A stretch of DNA of 53,267 nt, the filler included, from Circinaria calcarea (Eukaryota), in assembly GCA_051942165.1 (NCBI GenBank). It is 3 parts of 3 records of this genome, joined end to end, with 100 filler letters (N's around TTAATTAATTAA, not from the genome) between each part and the next. Parts side by side here need not be neighbours in the genome. Positions count along the whole stretch, not along the records: positions 35,584 to 53,267 come from JAVECS010000261.1; 2 more parts are not named here. The stretch is one strand, 5' to 3'. Below, in pieces: positions 36,440 to 49,210 of the stretch (within the stretch, counting starts at the first letter, position 1; the number at the start of each line of letters is the position of its first letter). A program made the position numbers and the translations under genes. The notes below the pieces were generated by a model, which was not told the DNA's origin, made no database searches, and worked only from the letters and a program-made list of their open reading frames with translations.

Positions 36440-38348
36440 TCAATCGTCAAACGGCCAGTTCTCCTCCCAGAGCCTCCTCTCGTGCTCGCTGCGCACAAAC
36501 ATCTTAATGACCTCTTCCTTCATCTGCCGTAGCGCATCTTTGCTCTCTTCGTATTGCTCAGCCCGTACAATACCCCGTTCAGGAAAAAGGTCCGCTAATG
36601 TCTCCCGGACCCTGCCCATCAGTTCCATGCCGCGCATCGCTCCGCTGAAGTCGGTCTCTATGATTGCTTTCTCCTCCTCCGAGAAACAAAACGGGTACGC
36701 GGGACTGCCGTGGGCGAGAACGCCCGGAATTTCCTTCCAGGTTCTCTCCAGCTCGACAATCTGCGCCAGATAGGTGGCCTCGCCGTCAACAAGCAGGTTC
36801 CGGGCGAAGACCAGAAGATCAAAACTTAAGGTCTCTTGAAAATCCATAGCGCGGTAGAGGCGGGGAATCTGTTTGTGTAGGAGCGCTCGATAGAGCGCGC
36901 AAAGCGAAATGTTCAAGTACAAGGTTGTGGCTTCCTTTTGGGCAGATAGATCAAGCTGCGCCAGATTCTGTGGGAGGCGGGGCCGCTCAAGGCCGTGGAG
37001 AGGCGGCCCTTCATAGTTCAAAAGATTTGGTTTCCGGGCGTGGAAGAAGAGAGGAGCGAGCTCGCTCGATTGCCAATCTATAATTCCGATAATTTTTGGG
37101 GGGTTTTCGGGACTGACGAATATGTTCCCAATATGGAGATCGCTATGCCACAGGTATGACGATGTAATAGATAAATCGGTTGGAAGGAGATACTTGACTA
37201 TCGTGTGGTAACATTGTAAGGCCTTGAGCTTCTTTTCTCGGCTTGGTTGATATGTTGTCGGGCCCCGAAGTGTAATTGATGACTTTGGGAGGCGAGGTAA
37301 ACTCTTAACACACGCTTCTTCTCGATGGCCGATGGCCGATAAAAAATCTTCCAACGTGGCCCCTAATTATCATCAGTAACAGGCATTGAATTTGAGATGC
37401 TCGTCTTACATGGGCCTCTATCGAAATTAACATCCAGTCTTCCTGCATCAATAAACTCCCGACCTGTAGAAGGGCCAATAGCATATTTTGGGTTAGTGAC
37501 TTCAACATTATACTGATCTATATACAGCGGGCTCTGTGGACTGTGTTCTTCATCTAGATCCTGGGCATAATAAAGACTTCCAAATTTGGTAAAGGAAACC
37601 GACATCCAAGCTTTTTGATAAAGAGCAATCGCCTTGACAATAGTAAACCGATCTCGGATATCCATCTTTGGCCATACCTCGTCTAATGAGATGCCTGGAG
37701 GTTTCTCCATAATGATGTACTCGGCACCTACAGGGTTATTTTGCGCCCTGGAATTCCATGCGAAAACTTTAGGCACTGGGGTTCCCAGGATATTTCGCGC
37801 CTGCAAACAATTAGCGAGTCAGTTGGGGTTGAACAAGCTCAGTAACCCATACAAATTCTAAGGTAGCCACTTCGCTTGCTATCGTAAAATGAGCACGTCC
37901 AGCGTTGGGATTAGGCACTTTGGCGACGACCTGTTTTCCGTCTTCCATTGTCATAAGTAGGGCTTTATTATACATGCCGTCAGGATATTTTTGGATGGCA
38001 ACACAGGACTTTGAGCCCACAGCTTTTGCAGCAAGAGAAGCCAGCTCGGTGACATTAAAGCGGACGTATCGTTGAGACATTTCGTGCACTTCATTGCAAA
38101 CAAATCGACCTTGTGTGAAAGAGAAAAGTTCCTCATTATGATTCCAGCCTACTTAACATGTATGAGTAACAAGTTAATGAATGCGGGGCCGGTATTCACA
38201 GCTTACTTAAAAACGAGCTATAAAGTGCCCTTTGTATTACAGTTGTCACGAATGTTCTGGCGGTCTCCTTTGGCGCGAAGAGACAAGTGTGGATAAATTT
38301 GGATAGTGTAGCGCGTCTTCTCAATCTGCACAAATGACTAGCAACCAT
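36440..38348 (-). CDS. APH/choline-kinase-like phosphotransferase (Aim9-like fungal family), 3 introns, possible mitochondrial presequence
   Basis: Arg-rich start MVASHLCRLRRRATLS (ATG at 38348); LFSFTQGRF; DGMYNKALLMTMEDGKQVVAKVPNPNAG; ASEVATLEF; VGAEYIIME; Brenner-type LWHSDLHIGNIFV and IIGIIDWQ; C-terminal WPFDD*. Confidence 0.85.
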
Positions 38349-39559
38349 AGTCTCAGTGCAGCAGTGATGCCAGACGTTTTTCAGTGAATGAGGTTTGAGA
38401 AACGCCGTGCTTGGCTAGCGCTATTACGCGCCTATATTATATACTAGAATGATTCTTACCAGCCCTTTCCCCAAATTCTGAATGAGGGGACCGCGAAGCT
38501 AAATCCTCGGAATCCGTTATGGTTTCCCTGCTTGCTACGTTGGCTGCCAAATCAATCACCGGTACCGGCAAGGATTTACCTACATACCCAGCTAGCTGCC
38601 TAATTGCGATATCGAGCAGATATTTAAGGATCTGGACGATAATATCGGGGAGCAATAATAAATAACAAAATGCAACTGGGAGGTTTTTAATTTATTATTA
38701 AAACGTTATAGTGCTAACTGTAAATAAAATATGCTTCTACAAATCACGATCTCATTGCAGTCAGATATTTAGAATCAGCTATTTATCAGCGGAGGTACTC
38801 TACAAGCTTAAAACCTAAGAACCCTACCTATCCAATATCTCCATCAATACTTGTTATTCGTGAGAACATGCGCGCTATTTCGACCCCATTTGCCCTCCTC
38901 CCGTTGCCTTAAAGGCTTAGCCCACCATCTTTTCTTGGAGGATATAATAAGAATACTTTTGCCTGAAAATAAATCAATCGTCTGACAGATAACCTTTCTT
39001 CTATTAAAAAAGCACTTGAAAGCGCTGCTAGAACAATCTGGCAGGCAAAAAAGGATAGGTTACACCTTCAAGTAATATCCAATGTGAGTGCTTAATAGAA
39101 AGGGGCCTCCTTTTAATAACGAAACCAAAATAACTTCTAAAACTGAGGCCCTTAGCAAGGAGAAAAAGGCAAGGCTGTGGCCATGACTTACTGGAGATGG
39201 TCGGAGTATCCGCTATAAAAAAGGGATACCGAGTGCTCAGCTCCGGCGGTACGGAAGGGAAAGGGAAAGGGATGATATAAGCTAAACGCTTGAATTAGTG
39301 AAAATAAGTAGTTTTTTTACGGCTTGTGGAACCGATTGTTCCATCTGGAAAATATAAAAAGCTTCCTATCTCTGGAATCTATATTCGCACATGCATCAGC
39401 ATGCTTTCTAAAATTGACCTTCCTTTCTCTAATACAGTAGGAGTTCTAAGCTTCCACCTTCCAGTTCCGCGGAGCCCCTCCGCGTTATTCTATCCTAATC
39501 GCCTGCTTGCACGCCTCTACGAATGCTCGAAACTATTTGATCAAGTTGTGCCAATGGCA

Positions 39560-41494
39560 TCAAATACTGACTATGGTGGTATAGGTTGTGCCGTCCCTGA
39601 GGACACCCGCACGCTCTTCGAGCCGGCGACCACGCATTCTTGGGAGAAGCCGTCCCCATGTATACCAATAGATGGCGGCGCCGCATATGCTATATAGGGA
39701 ATGATTAGATCAATCACCATCAAACGCTAGATTAAATATTCTTCAGAACGACAAGATAGAGAGATATGGTCAGGGTGTAAATCAGGGAAACGGGTACTTA
39801 CATGGCTATACCAACCAAGGCATACGTCCCGTGCCACAAACCCAGGTATTCTTTGCTCTTTTTTGTTGCTGGTATAAATGGCGCGGCAATAAGTGCTATG
39901 CACATGAGTAAACGTAAGACAACGACGGGTTTCCAAGCCTTAAATGGGCGGCGAAGCTCTGAACGGTGGCGCCGGAGCCATAGCAGCCCACATGCGAGGG
40001 CAATTGCAAAAAGTTGCGAGGAATATCCCTCAATGGCCAGTAGAAACGAGAAAATATCTGTAGAAGGAAGGCAGAATATGACGAGTGCAGTAGGAACAAA
40101 ATTCACCAAAACTCCTCGAAAAGGTGCGTTCCGGGGGCGTGAAGAAGCAAGCAGAGGCGGAAGGAAACCTTGACGCGCAATTTCTTGATTAAGACGTGAC
40201 TGTGAAAGGCCGGAGATCAGTGATTGCTATAATCAAATCACGCAAATGCGGTTGAGGGTGGAATGAAGAGACTTACCAAACTGAAAACGGAAACCATGAC
40301 ACTTCCAGCAACGGAAACAGATATAAAGAGCGGCAGCACATGGCCTCCAACGTTCTCACCAAAAACCCGCCGGAAGAAGAGTACTGCCGCCATTTCTCCA
40401 CTCCGCTTTAGTTCGTCGAGCGGGATGACAAGGAAGAAGGCAATATTTACTAACATATACAATAAACACACCGTGAACAGGGACAAAGGAATGACTCGCT
40501 TCAACATCCCAGCTGGATTTCTGACTTCGTTCAACACATTGTTCGCATTTTCGATGCCCGAGTAAGCATAATTCACCTTAAAGAAGGCTAGTGACATAAT
40601 TTCCCAGCCCCAGTTGGAGCCTTCCCAGATAATGTCCCATTTATGTCGTTTGTCGGTGTGTAGTGCCTGTGGCGTCCCATTGTCTTGATGACCTATGCCA
40701 GTGGTAATAACGACAATGGCAGTAAAAACCATGGCGAGCATCATACCAATCTTCATCCACCCCAAAACATTCTGTACGAAAATACCAGATCTAAGGAAAA
40801 AGCCATGTAGGATACCAACAGCCAAAAGCATTGTTATAGCAGATAACTTTCGAGCAAATCCGGTAGGCCGTATAGGCAAACCCAAGACAAAATATTCGCC
40901 AAACACGATACAAGAATTGGCGGTGGATACTTGAAGTACAGCCTTGGTAGCAAAAATCGTTGAGGCGAGGAAGCGTGGATTTCGGTAAGTATATTCCAGA
41001 TACACCTTCTCGCCGCCACTCCGGGGTAGCATGCAGCCGTACTCGAGACTTACGACGACCCCACAGGCAGTAACGACAGCACCCAGCACCCAAACACACA
41101 TGGACAGACCAATACTGCCGGCAGACTGCACAACGACGCCAGGAGTTGCAAAGATGCCCGATCCAATCATGCACGATATAACGAGTATATAGGCTGAAGT
41201 CCAAGTTACGTTTTGCCCATATGTTGCCCTCTCTGTGAAGATATCGTTCTCAACACTGCGCGGATCACCCTCGACGGCTGGCTTTCGCTGAAGGAGGCTG
41301 TCCCTGTCCCCGGCCTCTTCATCCTGGTTTTCGTACATCTCGCCATCTCCAACATGATCGCTGAGAGCTACCTTGGTATTGGTATGAGGTGATTGAGCGT
41401 CGTAATCGTAAAGTTGGCCCATGGGTTCGGGTGGTCGAGGCGAATCGGCGGAGGTATTAGTGGGGGGGCTCGGTGTAAGCGGCTGTAGCTCCAT
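39560..41494 (-). CDS. APC-superfamily amino acid permease, methionine permease (Mup1/Mup3)-like, 2 introns
   Basis: MIGSGIFATPG; LEYGCMLPRSGGEKVYLEYTY; YAYSGIENANNVLNEVRNP; LRRPFKAW. Last exon IYWYTWGRLLPR...LRDGTTYTTIVSI* (stop at 39560). Multiple TM segments. Confidence 0.9.
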
Positions 41495-42083
41495 ATATAG
41501 AGAGTAGAGGAGGAGTGAAAGTGCATCTGATAGTCAATCAGGCGCAGGGTGATTTCGGAAAAGGGTGGTCTATAGGTGGCATGGTGACTGAACTGTTGGG
41601 CATGCGGGAGATAACCTTAGCAGCGGTAGTAGCATCTACTGACTGATCTGGATCCATCAAGTAGGTATCACGCGTAAGCGGTGAGATTCTTTGTCCAGGA
41701 GTGCACGGGACGAACGGAGGGGAATGACATGGGGAGGTATATATTAGAGTTGCCCTCTCTTTTGAAACAGATAACAGGCACGCGCGTGTGATTGTGATAA
41801 GCTCCTCGGGCGGCAGATGGCTCTCCCGAAGGAAGCGTCAAGTCAGTACTGGAGTTACCCAACTGATCTGGCGCGCGGAGATACTATACTCCTAGCGATA
41901 CCTCAATATACGCCTTAAGCCGCGATGGGGAAATCGAGTCTTTTGCTTAGTGTACGGAAAGTCTATGTCACATTCCAGTCCTGCTAAAACACGCCTCGAT
42001 CTGCGTTCTTCCAAGATCATGCCCCCTAGAAAATTCCAGAGAGTGGATTCGATCATCCTGAAGTTCTTCCAGGCAGACTTGCA

Positions 42084-42257
42084 GGGACTGCTGTGGGCGA
42101 GAACACCCGGCACCTCCTTCTAGGTTCTTTCCAGCTCGACAATCTGCGCCAGATAGGTGGCCTCGCCGTCAACAAGCATGTTCCGGGCGAAGAACAGAAG
42201 ATTAAAGCTTGAGGTCTCTTGAAAATCCATAGCGCGGTAGAGGCGGGGAATCTGTTT
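42084..42257 (-). pseudogene. 174-bp duplicated fragment of the APH-like gene (copy of 36701-36874)
   Basis: Manual ungapped alignment gives 12 mismatches in 174 bp (~93%), including a TGG(W)->TAG stop. Confidence 0.92.
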
Positions 42258-42757
42258 AAACCCATCCTGCAATAATGTTAGCGTTCTGATTATAGCTTTG
42301 CCATGCACGGGGCGGTCTCCTGGAGACCAATCAAGGTAGTTAGTCATATTATCTGATAAGCATAATATGTATTTGAAGTCGTATTGTAGGAGAAGAGGGT
42401 TGTCTTGGTTTCGTTATTGAAAGAGCCACCCTTCCAATAAGTACTGACATTGGACACCACGTGAAGGTGCAGCCCATCGTCCAACGCCCCTATCACCATG
42501 TGGTAAATCTTCGGAGGTCTCAACCAAGGATTACTCCTGGTCTTGTGCAGCGAACTGCTCCTGATAGTTGACGTTCTTGCGTTCCCGGAGCCTGGTCGAC
42601 GAGCGACTTGGGACGGGGGGGCAGAGTCAATACCAGATTCAGCAGACTCTTCTGCAATTGACTCCTCTTCCCTGACGGGCGGGACATCAACATTAGAGGA
42701 GCTTGCCACAGCAGTTGTGGATAAGCTTGAGGCTGCAGGGCCACTTCCAACCGGGCT

Positions 42758-43260
42758 CCGCGAGTTTCGCTTAACCAATGCAGTCGGCCAGGAGGTTGAG
42801 AGCGCTGATCTGCTCGCTCAAGGGCCTTTATTGGTCACCTTTTACCGCGGTGAATGGTGCCCTTACTGTAACCTCGCGCTCGCCGCGATGCAAAAACACG
42901 TCGACGAGTTCACGGCAAAGGGCGTCACACTGGTTGCCATCTCCCCGGAGCTTCCCGATCAGGCCCTTACCACCACCCAGAAGCACGACCTGAAGTTCCC
43001 CGTCCTCTCTAATGTGGGCAACCGGTTCGCCAAACAGTTGGGCATCGTCTTCCCACAGCCCGAGGCCATGCGCCCCGTCTTTGAGATTTTCGGCCATGAT
43101 CTGAAGGCATGCAACGGCGACGATTCGCTTGAGGTCCCTGTACCGGCCACTTTTCTGATGGATCAAAAAGGCGTTGTCCGCAATGCCTACATCGAGGCCG
43201 ACTACTCTCAGCGGCTTGAACCCTCAACGGCGATGGAGTAGATCGAGGGCTTAAGGAGCG
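42758..43260 (+). pseudogene. AhpC/TSA peroxiredoxin-like (redoxin) gene remnant, 5'-truncated with premature stop
   Basis: EFRLTNAVGQEV...LLAQGPLLVTFYRGEWCPYCNLAL (CxxC); LVAISPE; PVPATFLMDQKGVVR. No ATG start upstream of the domain (ORF opens on GTG in unrelated sequence). Ends EPSTAME*IEGL where W is expected. Confidence 0.7.
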
Positions 43261-46200
43261 AGCTATGTTATAGGTTCTTGATAGCTGCGTATCGAGTAAT
43301 CGTACGGAGAATGAGACCAATAATATCAATGGACTTCTCGTTGCACGCTGATAATTCATATAGCAGGTGGGCATTATGACCATATCTTTTCCCGCTAGTC
43401 AACATTCTGTGTGAATTCAGCATTGTTTTTACTATCCCATATCCGACATTGCGTCCAAACGTGAAGCTTTGCTTAGATATTGCCTATAGCCTCTCGATTC
43501 CCTGTTAGGTGCCCCTACGCCACCAGATATCTCCCCTCCCCTCTAACCTTTAGGGGCCTTAACGCCATATAAACGAGGGTTATTTACCCCTGATAGCAAA
43601 ATCAGCTGCACTGGTGGTGTGCTCTATTCGTGTAGATAGGGTAACACTTCCCAACACGGCTAAAGACTTAGCCGTCACCGTCCTCAGCTCAGCTGTCAAA
43701 CAATGGCGAACAGACCTGGTACGGCTGGAAAAACACTCTTCTTGAGCCAGCTTCCGGTGAAACGCAAAACTAATTACCACGAGTATCTCTGTTCCATATT
43801 TCTTAATAATAAGCGAAATGTAAATACGCATATTGGGGGGCTTACCTGGAAGGAGGGAGAGCAATTAGGATCTGCAGATGGTACGATGCTGCCAGAACCA
43901 GTGGCGTAAGATTTAAACCTGATTACCCTAGAAACCGGGAAATGCCATGTTGGCAGGAACGTCCTTGAAGTCGTCAGACATTTGGTATTAGTTGGGGGAC
44001 TACTCTGGTGCAGTATCCATTCCCTATTATTAAGTGACAGCTGTCTGGCGAAGCCGGCACAAATTAACAAAACCGCATTGATGGTTCGGTAGTCGGTTAC
44101 CATATATGGCATCCAGTACAACGTGAAACGAAGCAAGTGTACAAGAAACGCGCAAGAAGCAGCAAGAATAACAGAGCGAACCTGTTCCCTACCTACCCAC
44201 ACACATAGGCAAGGAGGCTCATGCCACGCGAAGCACCATAGGGACAAGATTAGCGAAAGAGAGCATGGAAAAAGCTAGGGCCTTTTCCATCCAGTGGAAA
44301 GGAATATTGATCGGAAGATACTCCCTGCAAGAATATATTGGTGATCGGCAGCGTGAAAAGGTCTCTTTGTGTGAGGGAAATGACGGATCAAAAGTTAAAT
44401 GGCTGGGGCTGCTGTCGTGGAGAAAAGCTGGGGGGTGTGGGGAGTTGTAGTGGTAATCCAGAAATCGGAGTGGATTCCAAGAAATAATCTTTCTGGGCCC
44501 AGAACGCGTATAATAGCAGGGATTTAGATATGCCCGGAAAGGTCCCACAGACTCGGTTTCGGGACATCGATAATCACGCACTATACCCGCTATCAACAGC
44601 AGTAGTGGGAAGATGGTGAGATGACGTTTTTGTTTAACCTTGTGTCTGCCAAATGCGGAAAGCTTCGATGAAACATTGCAAGAGAGGCTGAAGTTTGATT
44701 CAAAACCCAATAGAATGCCAACCACCTCTGCTGTTGAAGTAGTCAAGTAGATGAGTTTAATGAAATAGTACCTCCTACTCACGTTATGAAAGCCAACGAG
44801 TGCTTGCAGGCTAGATCATCCTGCCGTCACATGTATCATGCGATTCAAATCTGGATCGAGCAGGTTCCAGCAAACTTAGCGCCGAGATACTCCGTACATG
44901 CGAAAGTTCGGTACCATGGATCGCAGCTAAGAAAACGCGTCAGCAGTGGTGTCTGACGTATCGATCTAGACCTTTGACCAAACTTGGACTTAACAGGCCC
45001 ACTACTCCGCTTTTGGTGCGGAACTATCAGCGCGCGTCTGATAGCGCCTCTAGAAGTGGATTAGCTTTACTTAGCTGGGAAACAACGTTTCTGCGGGGAA
45101 AATAGACCCCCTTTAGCGAATTCACTAAGGTTTCCTCCAACGACAGCCCTTCGAGGCGCGACACTATGGCCGTTAGTCCGTAGTTTACTTGCTCGATAGC
45201 CATGATCACATACGCCCCTGTACAGAGGTACGCAAATACCAATCGCTATTTGTTGCCCGAGTCTGTTTCAATCTGAGATGGTTGCAGCTGGAAGGCCAGC
45301 GGACCTCAGAGTGAGGAACAGCCATGTGTTATTGTGCCCTAGTCCTGCCGGGCGACATGAATTGCATTATAATCATGGCATCTCGCATGGATGATCTCTT
45401 CAGCCTTGTTTTCAATAACGATTAAGATGGCGCCATACGCAGGCAGCCACTTTGGGAGCACCATCAACCAAGATCGACATTACGGGGTAGTCCTGCTTCG
45501 ATTAGAAATAGCCCAGCTTCATACACTTTACCTCGAACCGCCTCTGACCGCTGAGTTAGCTGCAGCGGATACATCTCCGTGTGGAGTAATTTAAAAGCCA
45601 CGTTCTGATGACTTGGCTAGTGTTACGGGAGATGTGCAATTATGGCGCATGCAAGAGAGATCGAGTAGTCGATCAAGCCCTGATTCGGCCTACCATAGTG
45701 GCAACACAACATTCAAGCTTTCGGTGACCGATTTGGCATGTCGAAGTACGCCGTTACCAAACGTAATATCAACAAGGATTATGCTGTAACCTCGTGCTGG
45801 GACTAACTAATGTTACAGCCCACGGAACCACCAGCTCATATAAGCTTTACCGAGCAGTAATAACCTAGCTGCACAGGACGGGCGATGCAATACCATAACA
45901 GGGAAAGGTGGGCTAAACCGCACGGCAACGAGGCTCTCTGCTGCGGGCTATCACAACGTGGCTTCGGTTATCCTTGCCATACCAAGAAAACTCCGACTTG
46001 CTTTCAGCTTTCTAAATATCTACCTACGCACGTTCGCCGCTGAAAATTCCGCGGTACACCAGTGCACCGATGGCTGGAAAATACGAATATAATGGAGATG
46101 GCCATACAGGATTCTCATTATCGACATGTCTAGGCTCAATATTATTATGGCGATTTCAAAAGATCTGTAAAAGAGCAGGGTAAGGCCAGAAGACCCAGCA

Positions 46201-47266
46201 TGAGGGAATGCCTAGATCCAACCCTCTAGTACGGTACCAGCCATATACAGGCCTTCTCGAATCCTTGGAATCCAGGGATCTGCTGGATCGCCAGGAACAA
46301 AAGTGACGGTTACCTATTAGTAGTCGATTGACATGACAGTAAGAGCTTGGTGGTTGCGTCCACTTTTGGTAAAGCAGGGTTCACTATTCAGTGAAGCTCC
46401 TGTTCACTTAGTTTTATTGGCTTAGCACCAAACTTGTTCGTGGGTAGAAGTCTCTTTGTTTCCATCGCGGGTAAGATCCACCTAACAAACCTCCATACCT
46501 TCCCTTGCTGATGATCAGCGAGGATGATTCCAGTTGATGTACAGCTGTCTGCATTACAATGTTTTTACTCGGACTGGATTGTCCTTCAACACGATGCAAG
46601 AACAATTGTCGGGGGAGTTAGATACTTTAGAAAGTCTAGAACGCTAGGCAGAAATAACAAAATATGTTCTCGTTAATATGTTATTCCCGAAGCCGAGGTG
46701 TGGAGAGGTTGCAGTTTCCGGGGTGCTATTCAATCATGCCGGTATTAAATCTGGACGTATTGTTGATCGCAGCCCCAATCACACGTCACCATAGCCACAC
46801 AATCCCTAACTTACTATCAACAAGGTTCTGTTTGAATGCACGGCACGTTTGTCTGACCCTACTGACCTCATATGCAAGACGTATTGAAGAGCCAAGGTAG
46901 GTGTGGAGTACCTAAAAACTTCAAGCCCTGATGGTGTCGATGTGGGTGGTTATTCCTAACTCCTGTGCGGGACTTTTGTCTTTGGTTGTTTTCTAGTGTT
47001 GACAGCCATATACGTTTATGGCTTGGATAGCTATCGAACCGCTTGCCCTTCCATTGAAGTTCACCCCCTGAAGGAGTCAAAGCTAGCATGATACGAGGTA
47101 GTCAACGAGAATCAAGGATTATTAGCTTGACTAGAAATCGGCTTGGGTAGTGATGATGCTGGTTGGAGAGGCAGGAGAGTCAATAGTCCTGATCCAGACC
47201 CATTAGAGGTACGGGCAACTCCAGAAGCTTTATCGTGATCGGGTTTAGGCCGTGGACAGTTTCCTT

Positions 47267-47272
47267 TATAAG
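47267..47272 (+). promoter_or_regulatory. Candidate TATA box (TATAAG) ~155 bp upstream of the secreted repeat protein
   Basis: CCTTTATAAGGG followed by a pyrimidine/CA-rich leader and a CAAAATG start context. Confidence 0.4.
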
Positions 47273-47426
47273 GGCCTATGAGGCCCTTCTCAATCTCGTC
47301 TTCATCGCACATCACTCTGGATCACCTTCAACTACTCAGTCAAGGCCATTCTACATCGAAGTCAAAGACTTTATAGTATTGAGGTCTTCCCTTTGACCTA
47401 CAATAACTCAACTATACTATTCCAAA

Positions 47427-48396
47427 ATGAAGTCCGTCGCAACTTCAGTGCTCCTGGCGCTCGTTGGTAGCCTCCAAGCAGCTTCAGCAGTGGTATATTG
47501 TTCCCATTGAACATATTGATATCCAACAGCTCATGATTCCATAGGCTCTGGTTTCTCGCGCTCCTCTTATTTACGTCCCCATCAATGTCTGCGCTGCTGT
47601 GATCGGTCAAGTAGCTTGCGACCAGCAGACTCCCAATGCCGACGGTCTCGTTTCCATCCCCGTTGACGCATGTATCGCCGCGATCGGTCTCGCCAAGTGC
47701 TCGGAATCATCTGCACCAGCCCCAGGGTCCAAAGCAGACCCTAACCCGAATGCATTGATCAGTGTTCCCATCAGCGTTTGCGCTGCTATCCTCGGTACTG
47801 CTGAATGCAATACTCGCCCATCCACCGGCAGTGGTACCGTCAACGTCCCGATTGGCATCTGCATCGCAGTCCTTGGAAATGCTCAGTGCAAAAACAACGG
47901 TGGTAGCAGCACCTACACAAGCATGAGCCAGACAAACACATATTCTTCCACCTCCAGTAAGCCCACTTCGAGCTCCACCAAGTCTAGCTCTACCCAGTCC
48001 AGCTCCACCAAGTCCAGCTCCACCCAGTCTAGCTCTACTCAGTCCAGCTCTACCAAGTCTAGCTCCACCCAGTCCAGCTCTACCCAGTCCAGCTCCAGCC
48101 AGTCGACTTCCAACAAACCTACCTCCACCTCCAGCAAATCCAGCAGCAGCTCCAGCGAATCCACTTCCAGCAAGCCTACCTCCACCTCCAGCAAATCCAG
48201 CAGCAGCTCCAGCCAATCCACCTCCAATAAGCCTACCTCCACCTCTACCACCAGCAAGCCCACTTCCACCTCCACCTCCAGCAAATCCAGCACAACCTCC
48301 AACCAGCAGACCATTACGTCTTGCCCACCGTATGCTACGGTGACTGTGACGGTCACCGAGAAGGCCGACAAATGCACCAAGACCAAGGATGATTAG
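47427..48396 (+). CDS. Secreted 305-aa protein with four hydrophobic Cys-pair repeats and a Ser/Thr-rich stalk; intron 47493-47544
   Basis: Signal peptide MKSVATSVLLALVGSLQAASA. Phase-0 intron gtatat...catag joins in frame to the long ORF. Repeats LIYVPINVCAAVIGQVAC, LVSIPVDACIAAIGLAKC, LISVPISVCAAILGTAEC and TVNVPIGICIAVLGNAQC. SSSTQ/SSSTK stalk. C-terminus TITSCPPYATVTVTVTEKADKC. Confidence 0.85.
47960..48300 (+). repeat. Coding tandem repeats (15-bp TCYAGCTCYACYMAG units, then longer degenerate units)
   Basis: Encodes (SSSTQ/K)n and STSNKPTSTSSKSSSSSS repeats. Confidence 0.85.
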
Positions 48397-49166
48397 AATT
48401 GCCGAGTCTATTCTAGGCTTTGGGGGGTGTTGGCCTAGGGAGGTTTATGCGTGCATCGACTAGGGTTGAATAAGAAAAGAAATTGATGGAGAGAGGAGAG
48501 GAATGGTAAGGGTGTGATCTGGTACAAAAAAGGATAAAGATTGTCAAACTCGGAGATTATTTGGAAATTTTTGTTTCTCTCGTCTCTCCTTAAAGGCACA
48601 GTTTCTCTGGAAAATTCGAATGAAGTATGAATTTGGATATGAAGGCATGAAATGGATGGGGATAGTACATAGTCATGAGTTTGTGTGGAGTAGAATAGTC
48701 AGTTAGAATTATCGATATATACTACTATCCTTGAAAACTTTCTTATACCCACGTTTTTTTCTTCACGGTGTGTATGTTGTATATGAGAAAAGTCTTGCAT
48801 ATATATTCCCCCTTTTTTTACCTTTTATAATGATATCCCTCCTCCTTTACATAAGCGTGTTTATTGGATGGGCTTTTGAAATCTTATTTTTCTGGGGAAA
48901 TCTGAGATGAATTTTTTTTCTTTTTTTTTCTTTTTTTTTCTGTTTTTTTTCGGATCAAGTATATAGAGGAGCTAAAAGCTAGTGGGTAGTGGCTAGAGGT
49001 TAGAGGCAAAAGCTGAAGCGGTTCGGTTGCGGCATGTAATCTAAATCTGGTTTTCCTTCTTTTTACTCTTCTTTTCTCCTTTCTCTCTTTCTCTCCCCCC
49101 CCAATATCCCTTTCCCTTCGCGTCTGGCTAGCTGGCTGGCTAGTTATACGGGTTCTGAATATCACT

Positions 49167-49210
49167 TATGCTGATATCCCCCCTATGCTGATGTCCCCCC
49201 TATGCTGACA
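49167..49210 (+). repeat. 17-bp tandem repeat TATGCTGATRTCCCCCC (~2.5 copies)
   Basis: Units start at 49167, 49184 and 49201. Confidence 0.8.

Noticed and set aside
42543..43241. Intact 232-aa peroxiredoxin as given in the ORF track
   Set aside because: Non-ATG start, the N-terminal ~70 aa are unrelated low-complexity sequence, and there is a stop at an expected Trp.
43774..44782. 157-aa and 187-aa minus-strand ORFs
   Set aside because: Non-ATG starts, no recognisable motifs, and composition unlike real proteins.
47560..47890. Hydrophobin call based on 8 cysteines
   Set aside because: There are no CC doublets; the spacing is four C-x8-C repeats.
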